In this document: positions 46,806 through 56,991 of the stretch, in pieces | Layout of the letters: each line of letters opens with the position of its first letter | How positions within the stretch are numbered: the stretch's first letter is position 1 | DNA from: Patescibacteria group bacterium | GTDB taxonomy: Bacteria > Patescibacteriota > Patescibacteriia > UBA10025 > JBIOWE01 | NCBI GenBank assembly: GCA_044868145.1 | Contig: JBIOWE010000004.1 | Coordinates: forward strand, 269,860-333,859 | Length of the DNA: 64,000 bases | Direction: 5' to 3' | Made by a program: the position numbers and the translations under genes | Notes under the pieces: generated by a model | Seen by the model: the letters and a program-made list of their open reading frames with translations, nothing else | What the model was told of the DNA's origin: nothing | Database searches by the model: none

Positions 46806-48341
46806 TTATTTAACCCCAACCATGACAAGCACCGGAGTCGGCTTGATTGAGTGAGCGCCGTGTGCGTTATATAAGCTCACATTCCCACTCACAACGGGAA
46901 CTTTCTTTTTTTTGCACCGATCGGCCAATGCACGGATTGTCTCCGAGAAAGCACCTATTGAGTCCTTTGGATGACCAAAGTTTAGGCAATTCGTTATGCC
47001 GAGCGGCAAAGCGCCGAGCGCGCCCAGCTGATTGTAACATTTGTCAAAAGCATATGTAATGCCCCGAGTGGGATTTTTGTCAGATAGCCCCTCGTCAGAA
47101 CTCCAGGCGATAACAATCCTCTTACCTATTTCTGGAACATCAAGTATTGCATAGTGGCCCGGCTTGTTCGGGCCTTTAAGAGTTCGCAAACCGACCATCC
47201 AATCGTATTGGTGCCAGATATCCCGCGTGATCTTGGTACTTGCTTTTTGATGTTTCGTGCCTTGAGATTTCCACGGCGTCAAGCCCCAATCCTCCCGAAC
47301 ATCGGGGAAAATATCCTGAAATTCCATTGGCAGGGCAACATTCTTTTTGTTTGGTGTGTCATGTACAATTGTGTATTTTCCGTCATGCGTAACCGTGCCA
47401 ATGATATGAGCTTCTAGGTCCCATCGTTTGAATACTTTGAGAATATTTTCTCGATATTTTTTTCGTCCGACGATCAACATCCGTTCTTGCGATTCGGAAA
47501 GCAGCATTTCAAGCGGAGACATTCGGCTGGCTTTTGTCGGAATACGATTGAGATAGACTCTCGCGCCGAGATTTTTCTCGGTTTTCTTACGCCCGCGCAG
47601 AACCACTTCCGACGTTGAGCACAAAAGACCGGCCGCTCCCATGTCTTGCATGCCTTCAATCCAGTTTGTTTCTGACAGCTCGCAGCACGCTTCAAGAAGC
47701 AATTTCTCAAGAAAAGCGTCAGCGTCCTGCACCGCAGATTCACGAGCAACGTTCAAGTTTTCCGAAGCCATTTGCGCGCCGCCAATGCCGTCCCTGCCCG
47801 TTCGCGCGCCAACGTAGATAAGGTCATTGCCCGGGGTAAATGCATTGCCATAAACAACCTTGTTTTTTCTAGCAAGACCAAAAGCTGCAACGTTCACGAG
47901 GCAGTTCTTGTTGTAGGTGCTGTCAAAATACAGATCACCTCCAACGACTGGAACGCCAACGCAATTGCCGTAGTCTGCAATCCCACGCACGACTTCAGCC
48001 AAAAGGCGGTGTGCACGGGCATCGGTGCCGAAACGCAGGATATCCAAAAGAGCAATCGGGCGTGCGCCCATGGTGAAAATGTCGCGTAAAATCCCGCCGA
48101 CGCCGGTTGCGGCCCCGTGATACGGTTTGATAAACGATGGATGATTATGGCTTTCAATGCGCATGGCAAGCGCCCAGCCCCCTCCGAGGTCGACGACGCC
48201 GGCATTTTCACCGGGCCCTTGTATCACGTGATCTCCCTTCGTGTGGAGTTGCGAGAGAAATTTTTTCGAGCTCTTATAGCTCGTGTGCTCACTTGCCATT
48301 GCTTCGGCAAGTATTTTTGGTATTTCAGATTTTCGCGACAT
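46806..48341 (-). CDS. purL: Phosphoribosylformylglycinamidine synthase subunit PurL-like (short form, 511 aa)
   Basis: [39 protein letters not shown]-synthase-related signature. Confidence 0.75.
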   Translation of the reverse strand: MSRKSEIPKILAEAMASEHTSYKSSKKFLSQLHTKGDHVIQGPGENAGVVDLGGGWALAMRIESHNHPSFIKPYHGAATGVGGILRDIFTMGARPIALLDILRFGTDARAHRLLAEVVRGIADYGNCVGVPVVGGDLYFDSTYNKNCLVNVAAFGLARKNKVVYGNAFTPGNDLIYVGARTGRDGIGGAQMASENLNVARESAVQDADAFLEKLLLEACCELSETNWIEGMQDMGAAGLLCSTSEVVLRGRKKTEKNLGARVYLNRIPTKASRMSPLEMLLSESQERMLIVGRKKYRENILKVFKRWDLEAHIIGTVTHDGKYTIVHDTPNKKNVALPMEFQDIFPDVREDWGLTPWKSQGTKHQKASTKITRDIWHQYDWMVGLRTLKGPNKPGHYAILDVPEIGKRIVIAWSSDEGLSDKNPTRGITYAFDKCYNQLGALGALPLGITNCLNFGHPKDSIGAFSETIRALADRCKKKKVPVVSGNVSLYNAHGAHSIKPTPVLVMVGVK

Positions 48342-49020
48342 ATTTTTCTATGGCTCGGATAAAGTATTTACCATCGGGCGTTCGCTCGGGGTGGGGCATC
48401 ATGCCGTAAATGGTTTTTCGCTCATTGCTCACCCCGGCAATGTTGGCCACTGATCCGTTCGGATTGAACCCCGCGTATTTCAAAAAGATTTGTCCATTGC
48501 GCTCAAGCTTCGCCTGCTCCTTTTTTGCAATGGTGTACCTGCCATATCCGTGAGCAACAGGAACCAGAAAGGTTTTGTTGCGCATTGTACCGTCTTGGAA
48601 AAATGAGTCGCCCACCACTTTGCACGATACATAATCGCAATAGAATTTCTTCGAATCGTTCCGCTCCAGTTTTCCCGGCAACAGGCCTGCCTTGACGAGA
48701 ATCTGAAAGCCATTGCAAGTTCCGAGAATCGGCACGCCACTGCGGGCAGCGTGTCTAATTGCGCGCACCACTGGCGAGCGAACCGCAAGACTTCCAGGGT
48801 CTATTCGATAGCGCCCAGTCGCTTTTGCGTAGAAACGGTCTCCAAACGCAAAACCTCCTGGCAGAACCAGGAGATCATAGCGGGGTATTTTTGTGTCTTT
48901 GTACCAAACGAATTTGGTGTGGTGCCCGAATGCTCGGAAAAAGTTGAGCGTATCAAAGTCGCAGTTTGATCCTGGAAACCTTATAACGCCGACCCTCAAT
49001 TTTCCGTAGCGGCTTTTCAC
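48325..49020 (-). CDS. purQ: Phosphoribosylformylglycinamidine synthase subunit PurQ (glutaminase)
   Basis: [12 protein letters not shown], class I glutamine amidotransferase with Cys (GTCNGFQIL) and His (MMPHPER). Confidence 0.85.
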   Translation of the reverse strand: MKSRYGKLRVGVIRFPGSNCDFDTLNFFRAFGHHTKFVWYKDTKIPRYDLLVLPGGFAFGDRFYAKATGRYRIDPGSLAVRSPVVRAIRHAARSGVPILGTCNGFQILVKAGLLPGKLERNDSKKFYCDYVSCKVVGDSFFQDGTMRNKTFLVPVAHGYGRYTIAKKEQAKLERNGQIFLKYAGFNPNGSVANIAGVSNERKTIYGMMPHPERTPDGKYFIRAIEKYVAKI

Positions 49021-49130
49021 GATTTCAGTATAGCAAATGAAAGCACTCTTTTGAAGCTTTGTTACTCGTCCAAATGAATCAAAAACCCCGGCTATTTTGA
49101 GCCGAGGTTTTTGTTTGGTTTTATGCGGTG

Positions 49131-49418
49131 TTACGCTGTCTTCCCTTTGAGCGCGTCTTTGAGCGCTTTGCCAGCTTTGAATTTCGGAACCGTTACTTCT
49201 GGAATTTGAATTTTTTCCGTTGGGTTTTGTGGATTGACGCCAGCGCGGGAGCTGCGCTTTCTTGACATGAACGTGCCAAATCCGGTGAGTGTCACTTCGC
49301 CGCCCTCCTTCAGCGTGTTGGTCGTTGTTTCCTCAAACGAATCAAGCACCGTCTCCACTTCTTTTTTGGCGACATTTGTTTTTTCCGCAATTTTGTTGAT
49401 GAGTTCTGCTTTGTTCAT
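49131..49418 (-). CDS. hup: DNA-binding protein HU
   Basis: MNKAELINKIAEKTNVAKKEVETVLDSFEE...GFGTF...RAGVNPQN..KIQIPEVTVPKFKAGKALKDAL. Confidence 0.85.
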   Translation of the reverse strand: MNKAELINKIAEKTNVAKKEVETVLDSFEETTTNTLKEGGEVTLTGFGTFMSRKRSSRAGVNPQNPTEKIQIPEVTVPKFKAGKALKDALKGKTA

Positions 49419-49484
49419 GTATCCACCCCCTCTCAATCAAATTAAAAAGTAAAAACTAAAAAGGAAAAATGATTGAATATCTCT

Positions 49485-50282
49485 TTACACTTCTACCGTC
49501 CTATCAATGCGTTCAATGCTCACTGCTTTCTCCATTTTTGGGTCGATTTTGATCAATACGGCGTTCACGATGATCGTGCCTTCTTCCGGAATTTTATGCG
49601 CAGCCGGTTCGTCGGAAAGGAATTTCTTAATAATCACGTTCTTGTCAACTCCCAGAACCGAATCCTGCGTGCCGACCATGCCGATATCCGTAATGTAAGC
49701 CGTGCCTTTGGGTAAGATGCGTGCGTCCGCGGTGCCAACGTGTGTATGTGTACCGACGACCGCAGAAACGCGCCCATCCGCGTAGAATCCGAACGCCTGT
49801 TTTTCCGATGTCGCCTCGCAGTGAAAATCAACAACAATGGCCGAGGTTGATTGATGGCTGTATTGCTTGAGCAAAGCATCGAGAGTGCGGAACGGGTCGT
49901 CAACGGCTTCTTCCATGAATACTTTGCCCAATAAGTTTAACACAAGCACGGATTTTGTGCCAACCGTCAGCAAGCGATGGCCTTGCCCGGGTGCGTCGGC
50001 CGGGTAATTCGCTGGCCGGATCAATGGTGTAGTCGGATCTTGGAGCAACGAGCGTACTTCTTCTTTGTTCCAAACGTGATTTCCCGATGTAAAGAGGTCA
50101 ATACCGGCAGCCCTGCCTTCTTCGAGAGTTTTTTTGGTGATGCCCGCGCCGTGGGCGATGTTCTCGCCATTGGCAAGCACCAAATCAGGGGCCAGTTCCT
50201 CGCGAAGCGCCGGCACGATCTTCTGGAGCGCGCGCCTGCCAGCTTTTCCGACAACATCACCAAAAAACAGAATCGTGAACAT
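49485..50282 (-). CDS. ymdB: YmdB-like metallophosphoesterase (TIGR00282; 2',3'-cyclic-nucleotide phosphodiesterase family)
   Basis: MFTILFFGDVVGKAGRRAL...LVLANGENIAHGAGIT, followed by GNHVW. Confidence 0.8.
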   Translation of the reverse strand: MFTILFFGDVVGKAGRRALQKIVPALREELAPDLVLANGENIAHGAGITKKTLEEGRAAGIDLFTSGNHVWNKEEVRSLLQDPTTPLIRPANYPADAPGQGHRLLTVGTKSVLVLNLLGKVFMEEAVDDPFRTLDALLKQYSHQSTSAIVVDFHCEATSEKQAFGFYADGRVSAVVGTHTHVGTADARILPKGTAYITDIGMVGTQDSVLGVDKNVIIKKFLSDEPAAHKIPEEGTIIVNAVLIKIDPKMEKAVSIERIDRTVEV

Positions 50283-50285
50283 ACG

Positions 50286-51818
50286 TTAGCGGGCGTATTC
50301 GGTTATCCTTTTCTCGCGAATCACGGTCACCTTAATTTCGCCCGGGTATTTAAGTTCGCCCTCGATTTTTTTTGCTAGATCTCTGGCGATTTTCATGGCG
50401 CCGAAGTCGTCCGCTTTTTCCGGTGTGACGAATACACGGATTTCCCGGCCCGCTTGAATTGCGTATGCTTTTTCTACTCCCTCAAACGTTTTTGCCAGAT
50501 TCTCAAGTTCATCCAAACGCTTCACGTAGTTTTCAAACGTGTCTTTACGCGCGCCCGGCCGAGCGCCGGAAATGGCGTCTGCCACTTGGACAATCACCGC
50601 TTCAAGAGAGCCGGGCTGGTCTTCATGGTGCGTGGTAATGCAGGTAATGACGCTTGCCGGGAGCCCGAACTTTTTACCGATGTCTCCACCGATTTCCATG
50701 TGCGTACCTTGTACTTCATGGTCAACGGCCTTCCCGATGTCGTGGAATAGCCCGCCCATTTTCGCCACCTTCACGTCTGCGCCGAGTTCCTCCGCCAGCA
50801 AGGTGCACAAATGAGAAATTTCAATGGAGTGACGCAGAATGTTTTGTCCGTAACTCGTTCGGTATTTCAGTCGGCCAAGGATCTGCGTCAGTTTCGGATC
50901 GATGCCGGTGATGCCGACCTCATATTCCGCTTCTTCGCCTGCTTCGCGAATTTCTTTCGCCATTTCCTTGCGTGCTCGTTCAACCGCTTCCTCGATGCGC
51001 GCCGGTTGAATTCGGCCGTCCTGAATTAACCATTCAAGCGCCCGCTTGGCGAGTTGACGGCGAATGGGGCTGAAGCCGGAAATAATGATGGATTCTGGGG
51101 TTTCGTCAACGATAATCTCCACGCCCGTGAGCTGCTCGAGGGTCTTGATGTTGCGCCCCTCACGGCCAATGATACGGCCTTTCATGTCGTCTGATGGGAG
51201 GCTTACCACGGACGTGGTTGTCTCGGCCGCGTGCGACGAGGCAATCCGCTGGATGACCGCGCTCAGCAACTTCTTCGCTTCATGTTCCATTTCTTCGCCG
51301 CTCTCATGCTGCAACTTTTTGATGCGCTGGAGTAACTCCTCGTGCATTTCTCGCTCGGTATTATCGATAAGGATCCGTTTTGCCTCATCTTTGGTCAAAG
51401 CCGCAATTTTTTCGAGTTTTTGGATTTGTTGTTCCCGAATCGTTGCAATCTCTTGTTTGGCGTGGTCAATTGCTGCCGAACGATCCGTTAATTTTTGCTG
51501 CCGATCCTCAAGATCAAGCAGTTTTTGATCAAACAATTCTTGTCGTTTTTCCAAGCGTTCTTGCATATGCGTCAGATCGCCACGACGTTTTTCCGCTTCT
51601 TCCTTCGCCTCCTCTACGGTTTTGAGCGCGCGATCTTTCGCCTCAATGATCATCTCTTTTTGTTTGCTTTTGGTATCGTCGATGAGCTTCTTGAGCTTTG
51701 CTTCAGCGGTGTCGATTTGCTTGGCAGCCCAAACTTTCCGGGCCCAATACCCGGTAATCATGCCCCCAGGGATCCCAATACCTGTGAGCAAAACCCAAAT
51801 GAGATTTTCTGTAAACAT
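50286..51818 (-). CDS. rny: Ribonuclease Y
   Basis: N-terminal TM, coiled-coil, KH domain and HD domain (HSIEISHLCTLLAEELGADVKVAKMGGLFHDIGKA). Confidence 0.9.
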   Translation of the reverse strand: MFTENLIWVLLTGIGIPGGMITGYWARKVWAAKQIDTAEAKLKKLIDDTKSKQKEMIIEAKDRALKTVEEAKEEAEKRRGDLTHMQERLEKRQELFDQKLLDLEDRQQKLTDRSAAIDHAKQEIATIREQQIQKLEKIAALTKDEAKRILIDNTEREMHEELLQRIKKLQHESGEEMEHEAKKLLSAVIQRIASSHAAETTTSVVSLPSDDMKGRIIGREGRNIKTLEQLTGVEIIVDETPESIIISGFSPIRRQLAKRALEWLIQDGRIQPARIEEAVERARKEMAKEIREAGEEAEYEVGITGIDPKLTQILGRLKYRTSYGQNILRHSIEISHLCTLLAEELGADVKVAKMGGLFHDIGKAVDHEVQGTHMEIGGDIGKKFGLPASVITCITTHHEDQPGSLEAVIVQVADAISGARPGARKDTFENYVKRLDELENLAKTFEGVEKAYAIQAGREIRVFVTPEKADDFGAMKIARDLAKKIEGELKYPGEIKVTVIREKRITEYAR

Positions 51819-51916
51819 ATGTTTGTTTATTGATAAAATAAAAACCGAGAATCATTGCCGCCTCATCGGCGGATTCTCGGCTACGCTAAGACAAAATCGC
51901 GAGGTTTTGTTGCCCC

Positions 51917-52495
51917 TTATTTCAAGATAATCTCATCAATCAATCCGTATTTTTTCGCTTCCTCGCTGGACATAAAAAAGTCGCGGTCCGTATCCTTTTC
52001 GATTTTCTTGACGCCTTGGCCGGTGTGTTTTGCCAAAATCGCATTGATGCGATCCCGAATTTTCAGGATGTGTTCCGCACGGATGCGGACGTCCACGGCC
52101 TGTCCTTCGGCACCACCCATCACCTGGTGCAGCATGATTTCCGCATTGGGGAGCGCGAATCGTTTGCCTTTCGCCCCCGCCGCAAGTAACACGGCGCCCA
52201 TGGAGCCGGCAAGTCCCACGCAGATCGTCGCCACCTGGGGCTTTACGTACTGCATGGTGTCGTAGATTGCCATCCCGGAAGTAACGGAACCACCGGGCGT
52301 GTTCACGTAGAGCTTGATGTCTTTCGTCTTGTCTTCCGACTCAAGAAAGAGGAGCTGGGCAATCACGGTATTCGCGACTGCATCGTTGATCATGTCGCCA
52401 AGAAAAATGATGCGGTCTCTAAGTAGCCGAGAATAAATATCGTATGCTCTTTCTCCAAATGATGATTTTTCGATGACTGTTGGAACAAGATACAT
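51917..52495 (-). CDS. clpP: ATP-dependent Clp protease proteolytic subunit
   Basis: [11 protein letters not shown] active-site Ser context, MLHQ His, 192 aa. Confidence 0.9.
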   Translation of the reverse strand: MYLVPTVIEKSSFGERAYDIYSRLLRDRIIFLGDMINDAVANTVIAQLLFLESEDKTKDIKLYVNTPGGSVTSGMAIYDTMQYVKPQVATICVGLAGSMGAVLLAAGAKGKRFALPNAEIMLHQVMGGAEGQAVDVRIRAEHILKIRDRINAILAKHTGQGVKKIEKDTDRDFFMSSEEAKKYGLIDEIILK

Positions 52496-52524
52496 ACGTT
52501 ATTTTGATTAATTAGTACTCCTTA

Positions 52525-52552
52525 GTGTACTAGGCATTTTGGGGCGTGTCAA
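52525..52552 (-). promoter_or_regulatory. Sigma70-like promoter TTGACA-N16-TACACT for clpP
   Basis: On the minus strand: gcTTGACAcgccccaaaatgcctagTACACTaagg. Confidence 0.5.
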
Positions 52553-52579
52553 GCACAGCCTCGGCGAGGAAACCCGTAC

Positions 52580-52800
52580 GGTTTCCTCGTCCGACACCAC
52601 TCCTTCCGATCAAGGTGTCCCTCGCCTTGGGAACCCGCGAGACCCAAGGCTCGGGACGATTTCTCTACATTTATTAAACCCAGAGGGTCTCTCTGTCTGC
52701 GATGGGTTTTTGCATGTTGACCCGCGCACCCAACCCGGGTGGGTAGGCTAGGCTTTTATGCCTAGCCTGTGAGCCGAGGCGTAAAAGCCTCGGCTACCCT
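52580..52800. repeat. Array of five GC-rich hairpins (REP/BIME-like)
   Basis: Hairpins gaggaaacccgtacggtttcctc, ccttgggaacccgcgagacccaagg, cagagggtctctctg, ggctaggcttttatgcctagcc and gccgaggcgtaaaagcctcggc. None is followed by a T-run. The region lies between the 52851 gene's 3' end and the clpP promoter. Confidence 0.55.
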
Positions 52801-52850
52801 TTATGTGTGAAATAAAAAAAGCGGCCTTTTTGGGAGACCGCCTAGGGTTG

Positions 52851-53414
52851 TCATTCAACCGGGGAAAATCCTGCTGCAGTTAACACCTTGGTGCGCACAA
52901 TCGTCTGATTTTTCATATCGAGAAGTACCCACAGGATAATACCGCCAGAGCCAACAGTCGTTGCTATGATTTTGCGGAAGCTTGCCTTTGCATCTTTCAA
53001 GTTGTCAAAACGTCTAATCTCTTCAATTCCCCACCGATCACACCAGCCACTGACCAGTAGATAATCTTGGCCAAGTATGCCTAACTTCCGGTTGGCGCGG
53101 AATCTATTTTTTTTAAGATTCAAAAAGAAAATGGTGTGATCGATTGAATGCGGCGCGTTCCAAACAGTTAAGGCATCTAGCTCTCGTTTCATAAAGACGC
53201 AATTTGACGCCAAACCATAACCGGAAAGATTCACCACCGAAAGCAGCGCATGGGCCGTTACCTGAACGAAGTCGGCCATTTCGATTATGTGTACTTTGCG
53301 TCCGGCAAACGTACGTTTGAGCTTTACTTTCAGCTGACTCTCATCGATGACCTTCTGGATTGTGCCATAGCCGTATCGCGTTAATACAAGTTTATTTTTT
53401 TGTAAAGGAACCAT
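52851..53414 (-). CDS. Hypothetical protein (187 aa)
   Basis: Protein-like composition. GYGTIQKVIDES and SGGIILWVL segments hint at a Rossmann-like fold, but I see no firm motif. Confidence 0.55.
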   Translation of the reverse strand: MVPLQKNKLVLTRYGYGTIQKVIDESQLKVKLKRTFAGRKVHIIEMADFVQVTAHALLSVVNLSGYGLASNCVFMKRELDALTVWNAPHSIDHTIFFLNLKKNRFRANRKLGILGQDYLLVSGWCDRWGIEEIRRFDNLKDAKASFRKIIATTVGSGGIILWVLLDMKNQTIVRTKVLTAAGFSPVE

Positions 53415-53603
53415 TCCACCTCCTTTTTTGTTCGTTCCGTTTATCTTACGCCCGCTGTGTTGATTGTCAAGAGGTCAAAATAAAAACCCAGCGCAGGTCT
53501 CTCTTCGAGCCTGAGCCTCCATTCGGCCCGAGCTCATGGCCGAGGGCAGAGCCGAAGGCCGTGCCTGCGATGGGGTTACTTGGTATTGTGAGAATCGACT
53601 TGG

Positions 53604-54575
53604 TTATTCTATCTTCCAGCCCTTGTCCGTTTCGACAATTTTTCCTTTGATCGAAAATCCCGCGGCTTTTTTGTGACCGCCGCCGCCGAATTGACGCGCG
53701 AATTGGGATACGTCGATGTTCGGTTCATGCGTGCGTAGGCTCGCTTTCACGACGCCTTCCTCTTTTTCGCGCAGGACCATAACAACGCTCGCCTCTTTGA
53801 GACTATTAAGAAAATTGGCGATGCCATCAATGCTTTCGTCATCAAGTCCCAGCTCATCCATGTCTTTTTTCGTTATAATGGTCGTCACAAAGCCGGTTGC
53901 CTCGTTTTTTTTCAAGCGCGCCAACGCCCTTCCCCAAAGCTGAAGCTGGTTCAGGGATTTATTATGAAGCGTGTAATCCATAATGTCGCGGCTGCGCGCC
54001 CCGGCCGCGAGCAATTTTGACGCAACCGCCAGCGATGACGGCGTCGTCGCGAGGTTAGAAAAACTCCCGGTATCTGTCAGGATGCCGGTCAAGAGGCAGG
54101 TGGCAACGTCCGGGCGAATCGCAAAACGATGAAAATCAAGGAAGTGGTAGATGATTTCGGCCGTGGAAGAGGCCTTTGGTTCCACGAGGTTGATGTGGCC
54201 AAAATTCGTGTTTGTCCGATGGTGGTCAATATTGATAATGGCCGATACGCCCTTGATTTGTGGCAACAGTTCGATTACGCCCGTACGCTCAAGGTCGCCG
54301 GCGTCCAGCACAACGAGCGTGTCGAACTCATCACGCGTTATAGCGTCAACGTTCGCTTTGATTGTTTCGAATCTTGGCAGGAAGAAAAAATGTTCCGGCA
54401 CCTCGCTGGCGCAGAATGATATGTGGTCAAGGTTGTTTTCGTGGAGGTAATACGCAAGCCCAAGCATTGAGCCAAGCGCGTCTCCGTCAGGATTCTTGTG
54501 CGTAATAAGTAAGACGCGCCGGGCTTGGCCAAGCCGACGCCCGATTTCTTTAAACAAGGGTTCATGCTCTTTCAT
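53604..54575 (-). CDS. nrnA: DHH/DHHA1 phosphoesterase (NrnA-like oligoribonuclease/pAp phosphatase)
   Basis: LLITHKNPDGDALGSMLGL, DHH at IINIDHH, and DHHA1 FGGGGHKKAAGF. Confidence 0.8.
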   Translation of the reverse strand: MKEHEPLFKEIGRRLGQARRVLLITHKNPDGDALGSMLGLAYYLHENNLDHISFCASEVPEHFFFLPRFETIKANVDAITRDEFDTLVVLDAGDLERTGVIELLPQIKGVSAIINIDHHRTNTNFGHINLVEPKASSTAEIIYHFLDFHRFAIRPDVATCLLTGILTDTGSFSNLATTPSSLAVASKLLAAGARSRDIMDYTLHNKSLNQLQLWGRALARLKKNEATGFVTTIITKKDMDELGLDDESIDGIANFLNSLKEASVVMVLREKEEGVVKASLRTHEPNIDVSQFARQFGGGGHKKAAGFSIKGKIVETDKGWKIE

Positions 54576-54592
54576 ACGATATTCAGATCATG

Positions 54593-54934
54593 CTACCCCT
54601 CGTGCTCTATTTTGTCAATAAGGGCGTCGATTTTTGAGGCGTTTTCTTCGGTTTTGTCCCAAACAAGGCGCAAGCGCGGGATACGCCGGCGACTCACCTT
54701 TTTTTTCAGCAGGTAGTGAAAATGATCCAAGCGTTTCTCAATTTTTTTCAAAAGGCTCGGGCCCTGATCCGCCGGAAAGATGCTCAAAAAAACGGCAGCT
54801 TCCTCGAGGTCCGGGGCCGTTTCTACTTTGGTAATCGTGACGAACGTGGCGGGCGATAAAAAGAGTTCCTTCGCTAAGAGCGTGTTCAGTTCTCGATGGA
54901 TGAGGGCGTTGACTTGTTCAATCCTATGGCCCAC
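54593..54934 (-). CDS. rbfA: Ribosome-binding factor A
   Basis: RIEQVNALIHRELNTLLAKEL...FVTITKVETAPDLEEAAVFLSIF. Confidence 0.85.
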   Translation of the reverse strand: MGHRIEQVNALIHRELNTLLAKELFLSPATFVTITKVETAPDLEEAAVFLSIFPADQGPSLLKKIEKRLDHFHYLLKKKVSRRRIPRLRLVWDKTEENASKIDALIDKIEHEG

Positions 54935-54949
54935 AATTGTTGTTCCTTG

Positions 54950-56908
54950 TTAACTTCGCTCTTCTTTGGAAAAAAGTTCGAGGGTATCGCCTACTTGCAG
55001 CGCGATAGTACCAAAAAATTTCACGCCACATTCCGTTCCGGAGGACGCTTCGGACACTTGTTCTGTGCCTTTCCGAATTTCCTCGATTTTGCCCTCGCCA
55101 ACAGTTTCCTTGCCGCGAAGGACGCGCGCGAGCGTTCCTTTTGTTACTTTACCTTTCGTTATTTGCCCCCCGGCAATGGTGTATTTTTTATCTTGCCTGA
55201 AGATCTGTGAAACTTTCATTCGACCAATTTCCACCTCGACAATTTCTCGCGGTTTTCGGTTTATTAATTCTTGCTTAACGTTATCCACCAGTTCGTAAAT
55301 GATTTTATAAATCCGGACAGGCACTTGTTTCTCGTTGGCGTTTTTCTGGGCTGCCGGCTGCATTGCAACATGGAATCCATACACAACTGCCTGACTGCTC
55401 TCGGCCGTGAGGATATCGGCGTCAGTAATATTCCCCAGCCCCTTTTTAGTAATTTGTACGTTCGTGCCCTTTGGGACAGCTTTTTCCAATTCTTGTACGA
55501 TTGCTTCCTGGGAGCCCAAGGTATCTGTCCGTAAGACGACATTCAGAGTCGGAATTGTTTCTTTCTCGTCTTCGCTTTTCGTTGTTGTGGTGTCTATTGC
55601 CTCTTCATCTGCCCTGGCCCGATGCTCTCGCAATAATTTTTTCAACGTCTGCGGGTCGCTTTCCACGTGGAGTATATCGCCTACTTCCGGCACGTCTTTC
55701 AGGCCAAGGATCCGTACCGGCATTGACGGTGTCGCCTCATTGATGGTCTCGCCGAGATAATTTTTCATGGCTTTCACCTTGCCGCCCACAGCGCCGACGC
55801 GAACGATTTGGCCGGTTCGGAGCGTTCCTGTTTGGATAATCACCATTGCGGTCGGCCCTTCGCCTTTGTCCACGTGCGATTCGATCACAATGCCGACTGC
55901 CTCACGATTTGGGTTACCACGAATATGCTCGCGCTCGACGTCAGTAACCAACAAAAGCGTATTAAGGAGTTCTTCAATGCCTTTGCTGGTTTTGGCGGAG
56001 ACGGGCACGGTAATCGTTTTCCCGCCCCATGCCTCCGGCAGAAGGTTTTGCTCGGCGAGTTGGCGCATCACGCGGTCGGCGTTCGCTTCCGGCCGGTCGA
56101 TTTTGTTCAGGGCCACCACGAACGGAAGCTCCGCGCCCCGGATGATTTTGATTGCCTCGATGGTTTGCGGTTTGATACCTTCGTCCGCAGCAACCACGAG
56201 CACGGCAATGTCAGCCACGCGAGCGCCACGCGAGCGCATTGTCGTGAATGCTTCATGCCCGGGCGTGTCGATAAATGTCAGCACCTTTCCGTTGTGCGCC
56301 ACTTGGTACGAGCCCATATGTTGCGTAATGCCGCCGGCCTCTTGCTCGACCACGTGTGTTTTTCGAATTGCGTCCAACAGCATGGTCTTACCGTGGTCGA
56401 CGTGGCCCATGACCACAATCACCGGCGGGCGAGGCTTTAAATGTTGATGGTCGTCGCGTAAGAAATCTTCATCTTTTGACGCGGCAGGTTCGTCCGAGGT
56501 TTGTTTTGCGTGCACCTTAATTCCAAAATCGGATGCGATAACTGCAGCAGTTTCAAAGTCTATGCGTTCGTTTAAATTTGCGAGAATGCCGTTTTTCATC
56601 AATTCCTGGATGACGGACGCAACCGGTTTTTCTATCATCGTCGCAAAATCTCGAACGGTAATGTATGGCGACAGCTCGATAACGCGTTCCGTGGGTGCTG
56701 TTGCTGGCTCGCGCTTAACCTCCTCTCGAGATTGTTTTTTTATCTCAATCAGATCCGGACGTTCCTTCAGTTTTTCGATGATTTTTTCCGCAACTGCATC
56801 GTCAACCTTGATCGCTTTTTTGCCAATATCAAATCCGAGCTTCGGTATCAGTTCCCGAAGTTCCGCAGTCTGCATTTTTACTTTTCTTGCGAGTTCCGTG
56901 ACGTTCAT
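54950..56908 (-). CDS. infB: Translation initiation factor IF-2
   Basis: G-domain VVVMGHVDHGKTMLLDAIRKT, DTPGHEAF, NKID, 652 aa. Confidence 0.95.
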   Translation of the reverse strand: MNVTELARKVKMQTAELRELIPKLGFDIGKKAIKVDDAVAEKIIEKLKERPDLIEIKKQSREEVKREPATAPTERVIELSPYITVRDFATMIEKPVASVIQELMKNGILANLNERIDFETAAVIASDFGIKVHAKQTSDEPAASKDEDFLRDDHQHLKPRPPVIVVMGHVDHGKTMLLDAIRKTHVVEQEAGGITQHMGSYQVAHNGKVLTFIDTPGHEAFTTMRSRGARVADIAVLVVAADEGIKPQTIEAIKIIRGAELPFVVALNKIDRPEANADRVMRQLAEQNLLPEAWGGKTITVPVSAKTSKGIEELLNTLLLVTDVEREHIRGNPNREAVGIVIESHVDKGEGPTAMVIIQTGTLRTGQIVRVGAVGGKVKAMKNYLGETINEATPSMPVRILGLKDVPEVGDILHVESDPQTLKKLLREHRARADEEAIDTTTTKSEDEKETIPTLNVVLRTDTLGSQEAIVQELEKAVPKGTNVQITKKGLGNITDADILTAESSQAVVYGFHVAMQPAAQKNANEKQVPVRIYKIIYELVDNVKQELINRKPREIVEVEIGRMKVSQIFRQDKKYTIAGGQITKGKVTKGTLARVLRGKETVGEGKIEEIRKGTEQVSEASSGTECGVKFFGTIALQVGDTLELFSKEERS

Positions 56909-56991
56909 GGAAGAAGCTTATGGCTTATAGTCCCTAGCTTATTGTTAGAATCGGTGTTTTTCATAAGCTATGCGCTATAAGCTATACGCCA

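Noticed and set aside
52539-52751. 70-aa ORF in the hairpin array
   Set aside because: It runs through five GC-rich hairpins and its composition (GEETRTVSSSDTTPSDQG...) is not protein-like. The region is treated as structured DNA/RNA.
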